A stretch of DNA of 64,000 nucleotides from an uncultured delta proteobacterium. Lineage in GTDB: Bacteria > Myxococcota_A > Polyangia > Polyangiales > Polyangiaceae. Positions 34,254 to 43,062 of the stretch are shown here, piece by piece; within the stretch, counting starts at the first letter, position 1; each line of letters opens with the position of its first letter. The notes below the pieces were generated by a model. That model was not told the DNA's origin. It saw only the letters and a list, made by a program, of their open reading frames with translations, and ran no database searches. The DNA lies in the NCBI GenBank assembly GCA_963806225.1, contig CAWDXG010000004.1, positions 4,640,001-4,704,000 on the forward strand, given 5' to 3'. The position numbers and the translations under genes were made by a program.

Positions 34254-35476
34254 ATGATCTCGTTCGAGCCCTCGGAGGACCAGGGCCTCATCGTCCAGAC
34301 CGTGGCCGAGCTCGCCAAGACCGCGCTCTCGCCGCGGGCCCGCGAGTTCGAGAAGGAGCGGGCGGTCAGCGACGACGTGAAGAAAGCCATCCAGGAGATG
34401 GGGCTCGCGATGGCGGCCGTTCCCGAGTCGCTCGGCGGACAGGGACTCGGGCTGCTCACGGCGGTGCTCATCAACGAGGAGCTCGCCTACGGCGACCCCG
34501 CCGCGCCGTTCGGACTGCCCGGCTTCGGCCCCTTCACGCTGGCCGCGCTCGAGCTCGGCAGCGAGGAGCAGGCGCGCGCACTGCTTGCGCCGTTCGCCGA
34601 CCCCGGCGCGCACGATCACTTCGGCGCCGTCGCGTGGAGCGAGCTCCACGGCGAACCGCGAGCGGCCCGGGCTTTCGACGCTGGCGACGAAGAGCGGCGA
34701 CGGCTGGGAGATCAGCGGGCAGGCAAGAGCTTCGTCGGCAATGCGGCGGCGGCGCGCCGCTTCATCGTGTTTGCGCAGGTGGACGAGAGCGCGGGCTGGA
34801 GCGGCATCGGCGCTTTCTCCGTCGCGCGTGACAAGCAGGGGCTGACGGTTGGCGCGCGCCACGACACGCTCGGTCTGGGCTGCGCGGAGTTCGGCGAGCT
34901 CACGCTCGAGCGGCGCGAAGGGTCGGAGCGGCGGATCGCCTCGAGGGTGGCGGCGACATCGTGCGTGCGACGCTCCGCTTCTTCGCGAAGTACGCGCTGC
35001 TCGTCGCCGCGCGGCAGGTGGGCCTCTCGCGTGCGGCGTTCGACGTCTCGCGCGAGTACTGCGACATCCGCAAGGCGTTCGGCAAACCCATCGGACACTT
35101 CCAGGCGATTGCGTTCACGCTGGCCGATCGCCACATCGACGCCGAGAGCGCGCGCGAGCTGTGCCGTCGCGCAGCGTGGGCCTGGGACACGGGCAAGGAC
35201 GAGAACCGGGCGCTTGCTGTACACGGCGGCGGCCGTCGCGCAACGCGCACGAAACGCGATGCGCTGCGCCGACGACGCCGTGCAGCTGCACGGCGGCGCG
35301 GGATTCATGCGCGACGTGATCGTCGAGAAGATGATGCGCGACGCGAAGCAGATCGCGCTCTCAGCGGCGCCACCGCCGAGCACATGGATCAGCTCGCTGC
35401 AGCCGTCGAGCTCGGCGCAGCGCTCGACCCAGCGCTGGTCCTCCCCACGCCCGAAACCCAGGCCGTGTTCACCTGA
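34254..35476 (+). CDS. Acyl-CoA dehydrogenase-like protein 1; several frameshifts
   Basis: MISFEPSEDQ, GGQG, EELAYGD, KAFGKPIGHFQAIAFTLAD, AVQLHGGAGF and EKMMRDAK spread over several frames; GGAG RBS. Confidence 0.85.
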
Positions 35477-35493
35477 CCCGACGAGAGAGCACC

Positions 35494-36716
35494 ATGATCG
35501 ACTTCGAGCTGGACACCCGACAGCACACGCTCAAGCAGGCGCTGCACGACCTGGGCAAGAACGTCATCCGTCCGCAGAGCCTCGCCTGGGATCAGCGAAG
35601 CACACCGTCGACGAGCAGTTCCTGCGCACGTTCTACAACATGAGCCAGGCGCTCCGCGGCGAGTCCAATCCCATGCAGGAGTTCCAGGAGGGCTCGAAGA
35701 AGCGCGACCCCGACAAGCCGTTACAGGCCAACCGCATGGCGGCCATCGGTGCCGAGGAGCTGGCCTGGGCGGACGCCGCCATCATGCTCAGCCTGCCGGG
35801 GCCGGGCCTCGGCGGGCCGCCGCTCAAGGCAAGCGGCACGCCGGAGCAGAAGGAGCGCTTCTTCTCCATTTTCCGCGACATGAGCGACGAGCTGCGCTGG
35901 GGCGCGTACGGCCTCACCGAGCCCGGTGCCGGCAGCGACGTGGCCGCGATCCGCACCTCGTGCGTCAAGGACGGCAGCGACTACATCCTCAACGGGCGCA
36001 AGTGCTACATCACCAACGGCGGGCGCGCGTCGTGGGTGGTGATCTTCGCCACGGTCGATCCGGCGCTCGGGCGCGCGGGGCACCGCGCGTTCGTGGTGGA
36101 AAAGGGCACGCCCGGTTTCTTCGTCGGCAAGCTCGAGGACAAGATGGGCCTGCGCGCCAACGAGACGGCGGAGCTGGTGCTCGAAGACTGCCGCGTCCCC
36201 GTCGACAACCTGCTCGGCGGCGAGGAGAAGTACCAGACCAAGGAAGGCTTCATGACCGCCATGAAGACCTTCGACAACACCCGGCCGCTGGTTGCCGCGA
36301 TGGCCGTCGGCATCGGTCGCGCGGCGTACGAGTACGCGCGCGATTTCGTGAAGGACAACTACGTCCTGTCGCGCCCCATCCCACGCTACGCCGCCATCGC
36401 CGAGCGGCTCGCACGCGTGAACCGCCAGCTCGAGGCGGCGCGTATCCTGGTCTGGAAGGCCGTGTGGATGGCCGACCATTCCATTCCGAACGCCAAGGAA
36501 GCGAGCATGTCCAAGGCGCTCGCGGGCAAGGCCTCGATCAACGCCTGCATCGAAGCGATCGAGATCTGTGGCGCGCACGGAACGCTGGCCACCGACCACG
36601 CCCTGCTCGAAAAGTGGTTCCGCGACATCAAGGTCTACGACATTTTCGAAGGCACCGGACAGATCCAGCGCATCGTGATCAGCAAGCGGCTCGTCACGGG
36701 GTTGAAGGGGTTCTAG
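35494..36716 (+). CDS. Acyl-CoA dehydrogenase 2; frameshift near 35595
   Basis: LTEPGAGSD, LNGRKCYITNG, KMGLR and EKWFRDIKVYDIFEGTGQIQR. Confidence 0.92.
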
Positions 36717-36787
36717 CGCGCGCTCCGAGCGGCGCGCTGCGCGACGTACTTGGCGCGCTGCGTGCGGCGTTGAAGTGCGCGCGGCTC

Positions 36788-36865
36788 GATGTGCGCGCGG
36801 GGCGCGTAGATGTGCGCGGGGCGCGTAGACGTGCGCGGGGCGCATAGATGTGCGCGGGGCGGACA
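36788..36865. repeat. About four 19-bp tandem repeats
   Basis: Unit ga(t/c)gtgcgcggggcgc(g/a)ta. Confidence 0.85.
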
Positions 36866-36900
36866 TCTGGCGGCGGCGATGTGCGCGCTCGGCGGCCGAC

Positions 36901-37048
36901 GCATTTCCGTGGCGTGGGGCGTCTGACAGCATGGAAATGCACGTGACGCGCGCATTTCGGTGGCGTGGGGCGTCTGACAGCATGGAAATGCGCGTGACGC
37001 GCGCATTTCCGCATCGTGGGGCGTCTGACAGCACCGAAATGCGCGCGG
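36901..37048. repeat. About three 51-bp tandem repeats with an internal inverted repeat
   Basis: Unit gcatttccgtggcgtggggcgtctgacagcatggaaatgcrcgtgacgcgc starting at 36901, 36952 and 37003. Confidence 0.9.
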
Positions 37049-37162
37049 TGTGTGCACCAGTGTGTTGGTGGGTCCTGGCAGCCGCTCCGCGTCGTGGAGG
37101 CGGCGCCGCACGTACCCCCTGCGCGTCCTGTGGACTGATGGATACGCCCAGAATCAATCTCG

Positions 37163-37700
37163 ATGGCTCCGGAGCTTTCCGCGCCGCTCGCCCGGGCCGA
37201 CCGGCGCGTCGGCCGTCGCCGGCGCGCCGACGCAGGGCGCTCGCGACTGCCGACGGCAGTGGAAGCGAAGCTGCAAGAGCTGCTCTCCACGCGCGAGCGC
37301 CAGGACGTGGCTCGCGTTCGCGTCGAGCTTGCCGCCTACTGCCGCCGGAACGGCCTTCCGCGCCCGTCGCGCGCGACCGTGTACAACGCGTTGGCTCGCG
37401 TCGTCCACGCGTTCAACTACGGCGACACGCGGGCGTTGAGCTTCGCAGCCGGTATGCCCTGGGCGTGCCTGGCGCGCGCGGCGGACAAGTCCGGATGGCG
37501 GCCGAAGAGCCTTGCTCTGCTGGGGGCCGTGATGAGCTGTCGGGGCACACCTGCCGGACCTCGAGCGCTTCGTCGAGGACCTGGCGCTGACCACCGACGG
37601 CATCCTGGCGACCAAGGTGCACGCCGCGACTTCTTCGACCTGTACGTGATGCTGGAGCAGGGGCGGCTCGGAATCGTCGAGTGCCTGCGCGCGATCTTGT
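37163..37700 (+). pseudogene. Decayed remnant of a DNA-binding protein gene plus an AbiEii-like nucleotidyltransferase gene
   Basis: YCRRNGLPRPSRATVYNAL HTH-like segment, then fragments ILATK and GARRDFFDLY resembling AbiEii motifs; far too short, consistent with internal deletions. Confidence 0.5.
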
Positions 37701-37949
37701 TGCGCCCCGAGCGGCCGCTCGCGGTGCAGTTGCGGAAGGTCGGCGTGCGACGGAACGCGACGCGATCGGGCCGCCTCGGGCGCACGAAGAAGCGCTGAAG
37801 ACAGCCGGCGCGAGGCACGTGCGGGGGCGCCAGAGCCGCTGGATATCCGCGTTATCCGGCTCCGGCGAAGAAATCACGCATCTGGTCCACGGGCGCGCCG
37901 ATAGGTGCGGCACAGGGCGCTTCCGCCCCGACAACCCGCGAGGAAAACG

Positions 37950-38156
37950 ATGCGTGATTGGACCGAACAACTGAAGGAGCTCCGGGCCCGGTTCGACGAG
38001 CAGAACGCCGAGCTCGACCAGGTCTGGAACACCCTCGGCAGCCTGGGCGACAGCGTGGAGCTGTCCGTCCCGCAGGCTGTCCTCGACGAGATCGACGACG
38101 GCTGCGCGGTGCGCAGCGCAGAAGACAACGCGGTTCGCGTGGGCATCCGCGCGTAG
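37950..38156 (+). CDS. Small acidic helical protein at the LcrG/PcrG position of the translocon cassette
   Basis: GAGG RBS; 68 aa with a coiled-coil-like N-terminus; 23 nt before the next gene. Confidence 0.6.
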   Translation: MRDWTEQLKELRARFDEQNAELDQVWNTLGSLGDSVELSVPQAVLDEIDDGCAVRSAEDNAVRVGIRA

Positions 38157-38179
38157 TCATCAAGGAAAGGACAGGAACG

Positions 38180-38788
38180 ATGGGATACTCACCTATGGGC
38201 GGCGGCAACGCGGTCGGGAACAATGGCCCGGCTCCCGGCGCGTACGGCGCGTTCGCCTCGCCGTTGGATGCGCCCGGAGCGGGCCTGACCGGGCTCACGC
38301 CGGAAGGTCTGATGATCTACCTGAAGAGCCGTCTCAAGGGTCTCGACACGAAGATCCAGGAGATCTTCGACAACCAGAAGCACAACCAAGCTGTTCAGGA
38401 CGCGCTGCAGAAGCTCCAGACCATCCTCGCGGGTCTGAACCAGAAAGACGACCAGAAAACTTCACCCAACCTGGTAGCGGACATCAAGGCAGCGCTGGCC
38501 GACCTGAAGGCTGTCGCCCCCGACCTCGGGGCACAGGTGGCAGACCAGCTCGGTAAGTCGGGGCAGATTCTCGACGGGGGAGACAACGCCTACAAGGCAT
38601 CCGACGTGAAAGCGTCCGAGGTCTACCTGGACGATATCAGCAAGGAGCTGAATTCGGGTGCGCAGCTGGACATGATCCACCTCCAGTCGCTGATGTCGTC
38701 ACGCCAGACGGCGGTCCAGCTCTCCACCAACCTCATCCAGTCGCTGGGTCACAGCGCGGACGCCATCGCCGCCAACATGGGGAAGTGA
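38180..38788 (+). CDS. Putative T3SS tip/filament protein (Bsp22/EspA/LcrV-like)
   Basis: No Sec signal; disordered N-terminus; coiled coils; C-terminus LNSGAQLDMIHLQSLMSSRQTAVQLSTNLIQSLGHSADAIAANMGK resembles Bsp22/EspA-type terminal helices; lies next to the chaperone. Confidence 0.7.
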   Translation: MGYSPMGGGNAVGNNGPAPGAYGAFASPLDAPGAGLTGLTPEGLMIYLKSRLKGLDTKIQEIFDNQKHNQAVQDALQKLQTILAGLNQKDDQKTSPNLVADIKAALADLKAVAPDLGAQVADQLGKSGQILDGGDNAYKASDVKASEVYLDDISKELNSGAQLDMIHLQSLMSSRQTAVQLSTNLIQSLGHSADAIAANMGK

Positions 38789-38790
38789 TC

Positions 38791-39189
38791 ATGTCCGCTC
38801 TCGCCTGCCCGAATCACGTTCCTCCGTCGCCCGCGGCAGTGGCGGAGCGCTGCTACGCGAGCGCCTACCAGGCGCTCGCGGATGGCGACCTCGACAACGC
38901 GCTCGGCTTGTTCGGGATCCTCGCTCTGCTGTCCGCAAAGGACGAGAGGGCGTGGATCGGGCTGGCGACCGTGTGCGAGCGCCGCGAGAACTGGGACGCC
39001 GCTGCTGGCCTGTACGGGGTCGGCAGCGGGTTCGCCCCGCGCTCGGCCTGGTGCCACTTCGGCCGTGGTCGGGCGCTCAACCGAATTGGAGAGCGCGCGC
39101 TTGCGCTGCGCGAGCTCGACCTGGCCGAGCAAGCCACGAGCGACGTGGCCCTGCTCGACGCGATCGAAGAAGAAAGGAATCCGTCATGA
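38791..39189 (+). CDS. SycD/LcrH-like class II T3SS translocator chaperone (TPR)
   Basis: ERCYASAYQ.L..GD.D.AL.LF..L.......RAWIGLA...E....W..A...Y.......P......F.....L...GE...A...LDLA follows the three-TPR LcrH pattern; about 132 aa. Confidence 0.8.
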   Translation: MSALACPNHVPPSPAAVAERCYASAYQALADGDLDNALGLFGILALLSAKDERAWIGLATVCERRENWDAAAGLYGVGSGFAPRSAWCHFGRGRALNRIGERALALRELDLAEQATSDVALLDAIEEERNPS

Positions 39190-40376
39190 CTTCCGTCGCC
39201 GCAACCGGCACGAACCACATCGCGGCTACGGGCAGTGCTCCCACCGGGGCCGCCACGGCTACGAACAACGCAACCCTCTCCGGGCTGCCCGAGCCCACGG
39301 CCACGGCCGCAAGTCCCGGCGACCTGATGGGCGAGATGCTGGCGATGATGGAGAAGACGAGCCAGCTCTCGACCTCGAACACCGAGCACCAGCTCTCGGC
39401 CAAGCACAACGAGCTCGAGCAGGCCCGCAAGGATTTCCTGAAGAAGATCGCCGACGCGATCCGCAAGCAGGAACACGCCAAGCAGCATCACGGCCTCTTC
39501 GGCAGCATCTTCCACGCCGTCGGTGACGCGCTCGGCGAGGCGCTCGGCACCTTGATCGACTTCGCCAAGGATACCGTCATTGCGCCGGTGAAGATGACGG
39601 TCGGTCTGGCGGAGGGGAAGAGCCTCTCGAACGTCATGCAGTCGGAGATGCACGACCTGCTCACGAATGGTGACTGGGCCAACACGGTCAAGAACTGCAC
39701 CGAGGGCGTGGTCGGTTTCGCCGGAGATCTGCAGGACGCGGTCGACGGCATCGCGACGGACCTCGCATCCGGGCGCTCGGTAGGCGAAGCGTTCGAGCGC
39801 GCCGGCAAGAAGGCGTGGAGCAGCCTCAAGACCAACATCCTCGAGAACAAGGACTTCTGGAAGGTGACGGGCGCCATCGCCACTGCGGTTGCCGTCGCTG
39901 CGGCCGTGATGACCGGTGGTGCGCTCGCGTTCCTGGCCGTCGGTCTCATCCTGGTGTGCGAAGTCGACAACCACACCCACTTCATCAACAAGGCGTTCGG
40001 CCCGAAGGCAGGGCCCTGGGTCAAACTGGGAATGGAAGTCGCGGCCAGTGCCCTGTCGGGTGGCGCCGCGATGGCTTCCCAGGGAACCGCCGCGATGCAG
40101 GCCATCCAGGCTGCATCGGCCATCGCGAGCGGCGTGTCGGCCGTGGGCCAGGGCGTCCAGACCATCGATGCCGCCAAGCAGAAGGCCGGCGAGATCCGCG
40201 CGCAGGCGGACGTGACACAGGCGCTGAATCGCATGCAGCAGATTCAACGCATGATCGACGACCTCATCTCGGTGCTCGAGGAGAAGTCGGACCAGCACAA
40301 GTCGTTCGTGAAGGGGGCGGCGAAGCTCGTGCAGACGCAGGGCGCCGTCCAGGCCGCGGCAATCATGCGCGCGTAG
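39186..40376 (+). CDS. Putative major T3SS translocator (SctE; YopB/IpaB/SseC-like)
   Basis: Thr/Ala-rich N-terminus with LPEP (LxxP chaperone-binding-like); coiled coil ending GLFGSIF; hydrophobic hairpin AIATAVAVAAAVMTGGALAFLAVGLIL; C-terminal coiled coil; ATGA overlap with the chaperone. Confidence 0.75.
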   Translation: MTSVAATGTNHIAATGSAPTGAATATNNATLSGLPEPTATAASPGDLMGEMLAMMEKTSQLSTSNTEHQLSAKHNELEQARKDFLKKIADAIRKQEHAKQHHGLFGSIFHAVGDALGEALGTLIDFAKDTVIAPVKMTVGLAEGKSLSNVMQSEMHDLLTNGDWANTVKNCTEGVVGFAGDLQDAVDGIATDLASGRSVGEAFERAGKKAWSSLKTNILENKDFWKVTGAIATAVAVAAAVMTGGALAFLAVGLILVCEVDNHTHFINKAFGPKAGPWVKLGMEVAASALSGGAAMASQGTAAMQAIQAASAIASGVSAVGQGVQTIDAAKQKAGEIRAQADVTQALNRMQQIQRMIDDLISVLEEKSDQHKSFVKGAAKLVQTQGAVQAAAIMRA

Positions 40377-40424
40377 TCAACAGACGAACACCAGGAACCA
40401 AACCACCCCGGAAGGAGAAAGAAG

Positions 40425-41027
40425 ATGGCTATCAATGGAGTCGGAGGACCCACCCAGTCGCCTGTCAGCATGATGGATTCCTACGAGAAGGTTTCCGCGG
40501 AGCTCGGCGGCGACGTGGATGCGCAGATCGCCGCGCTCATGCTCGTCTCGTCGCACGAACAGCGGAAGTCGCTCCATCAGGCCCGCCAGGCCGCGGAGAA
40601 GCACCTGGAAGCTTCCGAGCACAAGCAGGTGCAGTCGATGCGCGACCAGGCCGACGCGATCGAGACGGCGGCCGTCTTGAAAGGCGTGGGGCAGATGTGC
40701 GAGGGCGCCGGCCAGATCACCGCTGGCGGGTTCGCCCTGGGCACAAACGACCAGGCAGCCGCGCAGGCGATGTCGACAGGAACCGGCCAGGTCGGAGGCT
40801 CCGGTTTCGACATCGTCGGCAGCTACTACGATCACAAGGGCGCCGAGAAGAGCGCCGATGCGACTGCTGCCGGCAATCGCGCCGATGCGGACAAGCGCAC
40901 GCTCGACGACATCCGCGATAACGACAGGGACGCACGCGACGTGGCGCACAAGGCCCTCGACATGGTGGATCGGCTGGAGGAGACGCGCGCGGCGATGAAC
41001 CAGGCCGCGCTGTTCAAGCGGGTCTGA
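40425..41027 (+). CDS. Putative minor T3SS translocator (SctB; YopD/EspB/SseD-like)
   Basis: IAALML...EQRKS...R...QVQSMRDQA, then a Gly-rich amphipathic segment and a C-terminal helix ARDVAHKALDMVDRLEETR; strong GAAGGAG RBS. Confidence 0.7.
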   Translation: MAINGVGGPTQSPVSMMDSYEKVSAELGGDVDAQIAALMLVSSHEQRKSLHQARQAAEKHLEASEHKQVQSMRDQADAIETAAVLKGVGQMCEGAGQITAGGFALGTNDQAAAQAMSTGTGQVGGSGFDIVGSYYDHKGAEKSADATAAGNRADADKRTLDDIRDNDRDARDVAHKALDMVDRLEETRAAMNQAALFKRV

Positions 41028-41107
41028 CGCCGTCGGTCCGGTCGCCCGCTCCGCCAGGCGTGCCGCACTGCGGCGCGCCTGGCGCTTCTTTGTGCAGTGC
41101 TGACGCG

Positions 41108-41603
41108 ATGGCGATTTCTCGCTATGCTCCCCGCGTGGTGCGTTTTTTCACGGCGACGGCGCTGGTTTTCGCGCTGGGGATGGCCTCAGCGACGGCCGCG
41201 GCCCGGCCGAAGCACCGCGCGGCGGCGCCCCACCACCATTACGCCAAGACCAAGGCCAAGAAGGGCCAGAAGGTCAAGGACAAGGGCGACGCCACGGATG
41301 CCAAGGACAAAGCTGATTCCGAGCACGACGTGACGGAGCCCGGCAAGGCCAGGGGTCCGGCAAAGAAGGGGTCCGAAGGGGACGGGCGTGCCCAAGGTGG
41401 TGGAGACGGAGAAACAGGGCCAAGGCAAGAAGGCCATCAAGACCTACAAGTTCGGTCCCCAGGCGGTCGAAGGCCGGCTGAAGTCACCGCAGATCATCTA
41501 CTTCCTCCGGCGCGTACGCGCCGAGTTCGCGGCCGGCGATCTGGGGCATCGTTCGTTCATGCGCGAGCTGTCCGACACGCGACGCGACCCTGCTTTCCGA
41601 TGA
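41108..41603 (+). CDS. Exported GltF/CglF-like protein; frameshift near 41350
   Basis: Signal peptide, Lys-rich linker, and C-terminal YKFGPQAVEGRLKSPQIIYF...RSFMREL resembling the CglF/GltF motif; ATGA overlap with the AgmX/PglI gene. Confidence 0.55.
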
Positions 41604-43000
41604 GCGCACTACCCGCACAGACTCCCGTCCAGCTTCGCACTGCAGCCGTCTGGGGCACCACCGTGCTCGCGGTGAAGAACCTCGATCCGGGCCAGTCGTT
41701 CCAGCTGGGTCAGCCCGGCGAGGACGGCGTGCCGATGCCGGAGGGCGTGCCGATCAGCGAGATGCCGGTGCGCGCGGTGGGCCAGCACTGGGAGCTCGAC
41801 GCCCGCGGTGCGACCGGCGGCGTGCTGCATCGTGCGTGGCCGCGAGGAGGATCCGGTGCATCTCGCGCAGACGGGCGCGCCGATCCCGATCGTCGCGGGG
41901 GACCACGGCCTGATCCAGTACGGCAACTACTCGGTCTTCTTCCAGTTCTCCAACGCGCCGCCCATCATCAAGCAGCGGCGCCGGATCGAGTGGCCGCTGG
42001 TGTTCGCGTTCCTGTTCTCGGCGATCGCGGTCGTCGGCGGGCTCCTGCTGCTCTGGGCGATCACCACGCCCATCGGCATTCCGAAGCCGCTCGAGCTGAC
42101 CAGCCGGCAGGAGCTGATGCTCAAGTTCAACATGAAGCAGGAGCCCGAGCCGCCGCCGCAGAACGGGCCCGGACGATTCCAGGAAAGGGCAAGGGCATCA
42201 AGGATCCGGGCGCCAAGGACAAGAAGGACATGGGTGGCGGCCGCAAGATGGCCGGCAAAGAAGGGTCGCTCGGGCGCCAGGGCAAAGAGGAGAAGACCGA
42301 GCAGACCGGCGAGATCAAGAACGGCCTCGGCGGCATGGCCGAAGCGCTCAACAGCGACGTGGGCGAGGAGGTCAAACAGACGCTCGGCACCATCAGCTCT
42401 GTCGCGGATGCGCTTGGCGGACTGCGTTCCGACCGCATCGTGCTCGGCAAGGGACCGGGCAAGGGGCTGCACGGCTCCGGCTCCGGCGGCGGGGGCAAGG
42501 GTGCGGGGGTGCCGTTCGGCGCGGGCACGCTCGACACCGGCTGGGGACCTGGCAAGGGCGGCGGCTACGGTCGCGGCAGTGGCGGTCCGGGCGGCAAGGG
42601 CAGCGGCGGATACGGACGTGGCGGCAAGGGCGGCGGCAAGGGCTCGGGCAACGGCACGGGCACCTCGGAACACAAGGTCGCGGGGAACAACAAGGCCAAG
42701 CCCGGTCAGGGTCTGTCGCCGGCGCAGATCGCGCGGGTGGTGAACTCCCGCTACGGCGCCTTCCGCGCCTGCTACGAGATGGCGGCGGCGCGCGACCCGC
42801 ACCTCCGGGGCAGCGTGAGCGTGGGCTGGCGCATCACGCCCGGCGGCTCCGTGTCCGGTGCGAGCATCGGTGGTTCCTCGCTGAGCAATCCCCGCGTCGA
42901 GGGTTGCATCCTCCGGCAGTTCCGGCGGCTGCATTTCCCGGTCGCCGACAAGCCGACGGGCGCCAGCTGGACCTTCGCTTTCCGTCCCAGCAAGAAGTAG
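41600..43000 (+). CDS. AgmX/PglI C-terminal domain protein (GltG-like, TonB-like architecture); frameshifts near 41828 and 42170
   Basis: N-terminal WGTTVL domain, one TM, Gly/Lys-rich linker, and GLSPAQIARVV...FRACYE...PHLRGSVSVGWRITPGGSV...VEGCILRQFRRLHFP. Confidence 0.85.
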   Translation: MSALPAQTPVQLRTAAVWGTTVLAVKNLDPGQSFQLGQPGEDGVPMPEGVPISEMPVRAVGQHWELDARGATGGVLHRAWPRGGSGASRADGRADPDRRGGPRPDPVRQLLGLLPVLQRAAHHQAAAPDRVAAGVRVPVLGDRGRRRAPAALGDHHAHRHSEAARADQPAGADAQVQHEAGARAAAAERARTIPGKGKGIKDPGAKDKKDMGGGRKMAGKEGSLGRQGKEEKTEQTGEIKNGLGGMAEALNSDVGEEVKQTLGTISSVADALGGLRSDRIVLGKGPGKGLHGSGSGGGGKGAGVPFGAGTLDTGWGPGKGGGYGRGSGGPGGKGSGGYGRGGKGGGKGSGNGTGTSEHKVAGNNKAKPGQGLSPAQIARVVNSRYGAFRACYEMAAARDPHLRGSVSVGWRITPGGSVSGASIGGSSLSNPRVEGCILRQFRRLHFPVADKPTGASWTFAFRPSKK

Positions 43001-43008
43001 GGGCCTCG

Positions 43009-43025
43009 CTGGCACGCCAATGGCA
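43009..43025 (+). promoter_or_regulatory. Candidate sigma54 (-24/-12) promoter
   Basis: CTGGCACGCCAATGGCA versus consensus YTGGCACGRNNNTTGCW with correct GG-N10-GC spacing; 38 nt before ATG 43063. Confidence 0.55.
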
Positions 43026-43062
43026 TGGTTTCCCTGGTCACCTTCTGCCCAGGCTGGGAAAC

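Noticed and set aside
34254..36716. Single 820-aa double acyl-CoA dehydrogenase
   Set aside because: The middle of the ORF is out-of-frame nonsense; two separate genes with their own starts (34254, 35494) and indels explain it
36901..37048. CRISPR array
   Set aside because: The sequences between the palindromic arms are nearly identical rather than unique spacers; there are only three units and no cas genes in the window
41080..41096. sigma54 promoter upstream of the GltF-like gene (TGGCGC...GTGCA)
   Set aside because: GG-to-GC spacing is 11 rather than 10 nt
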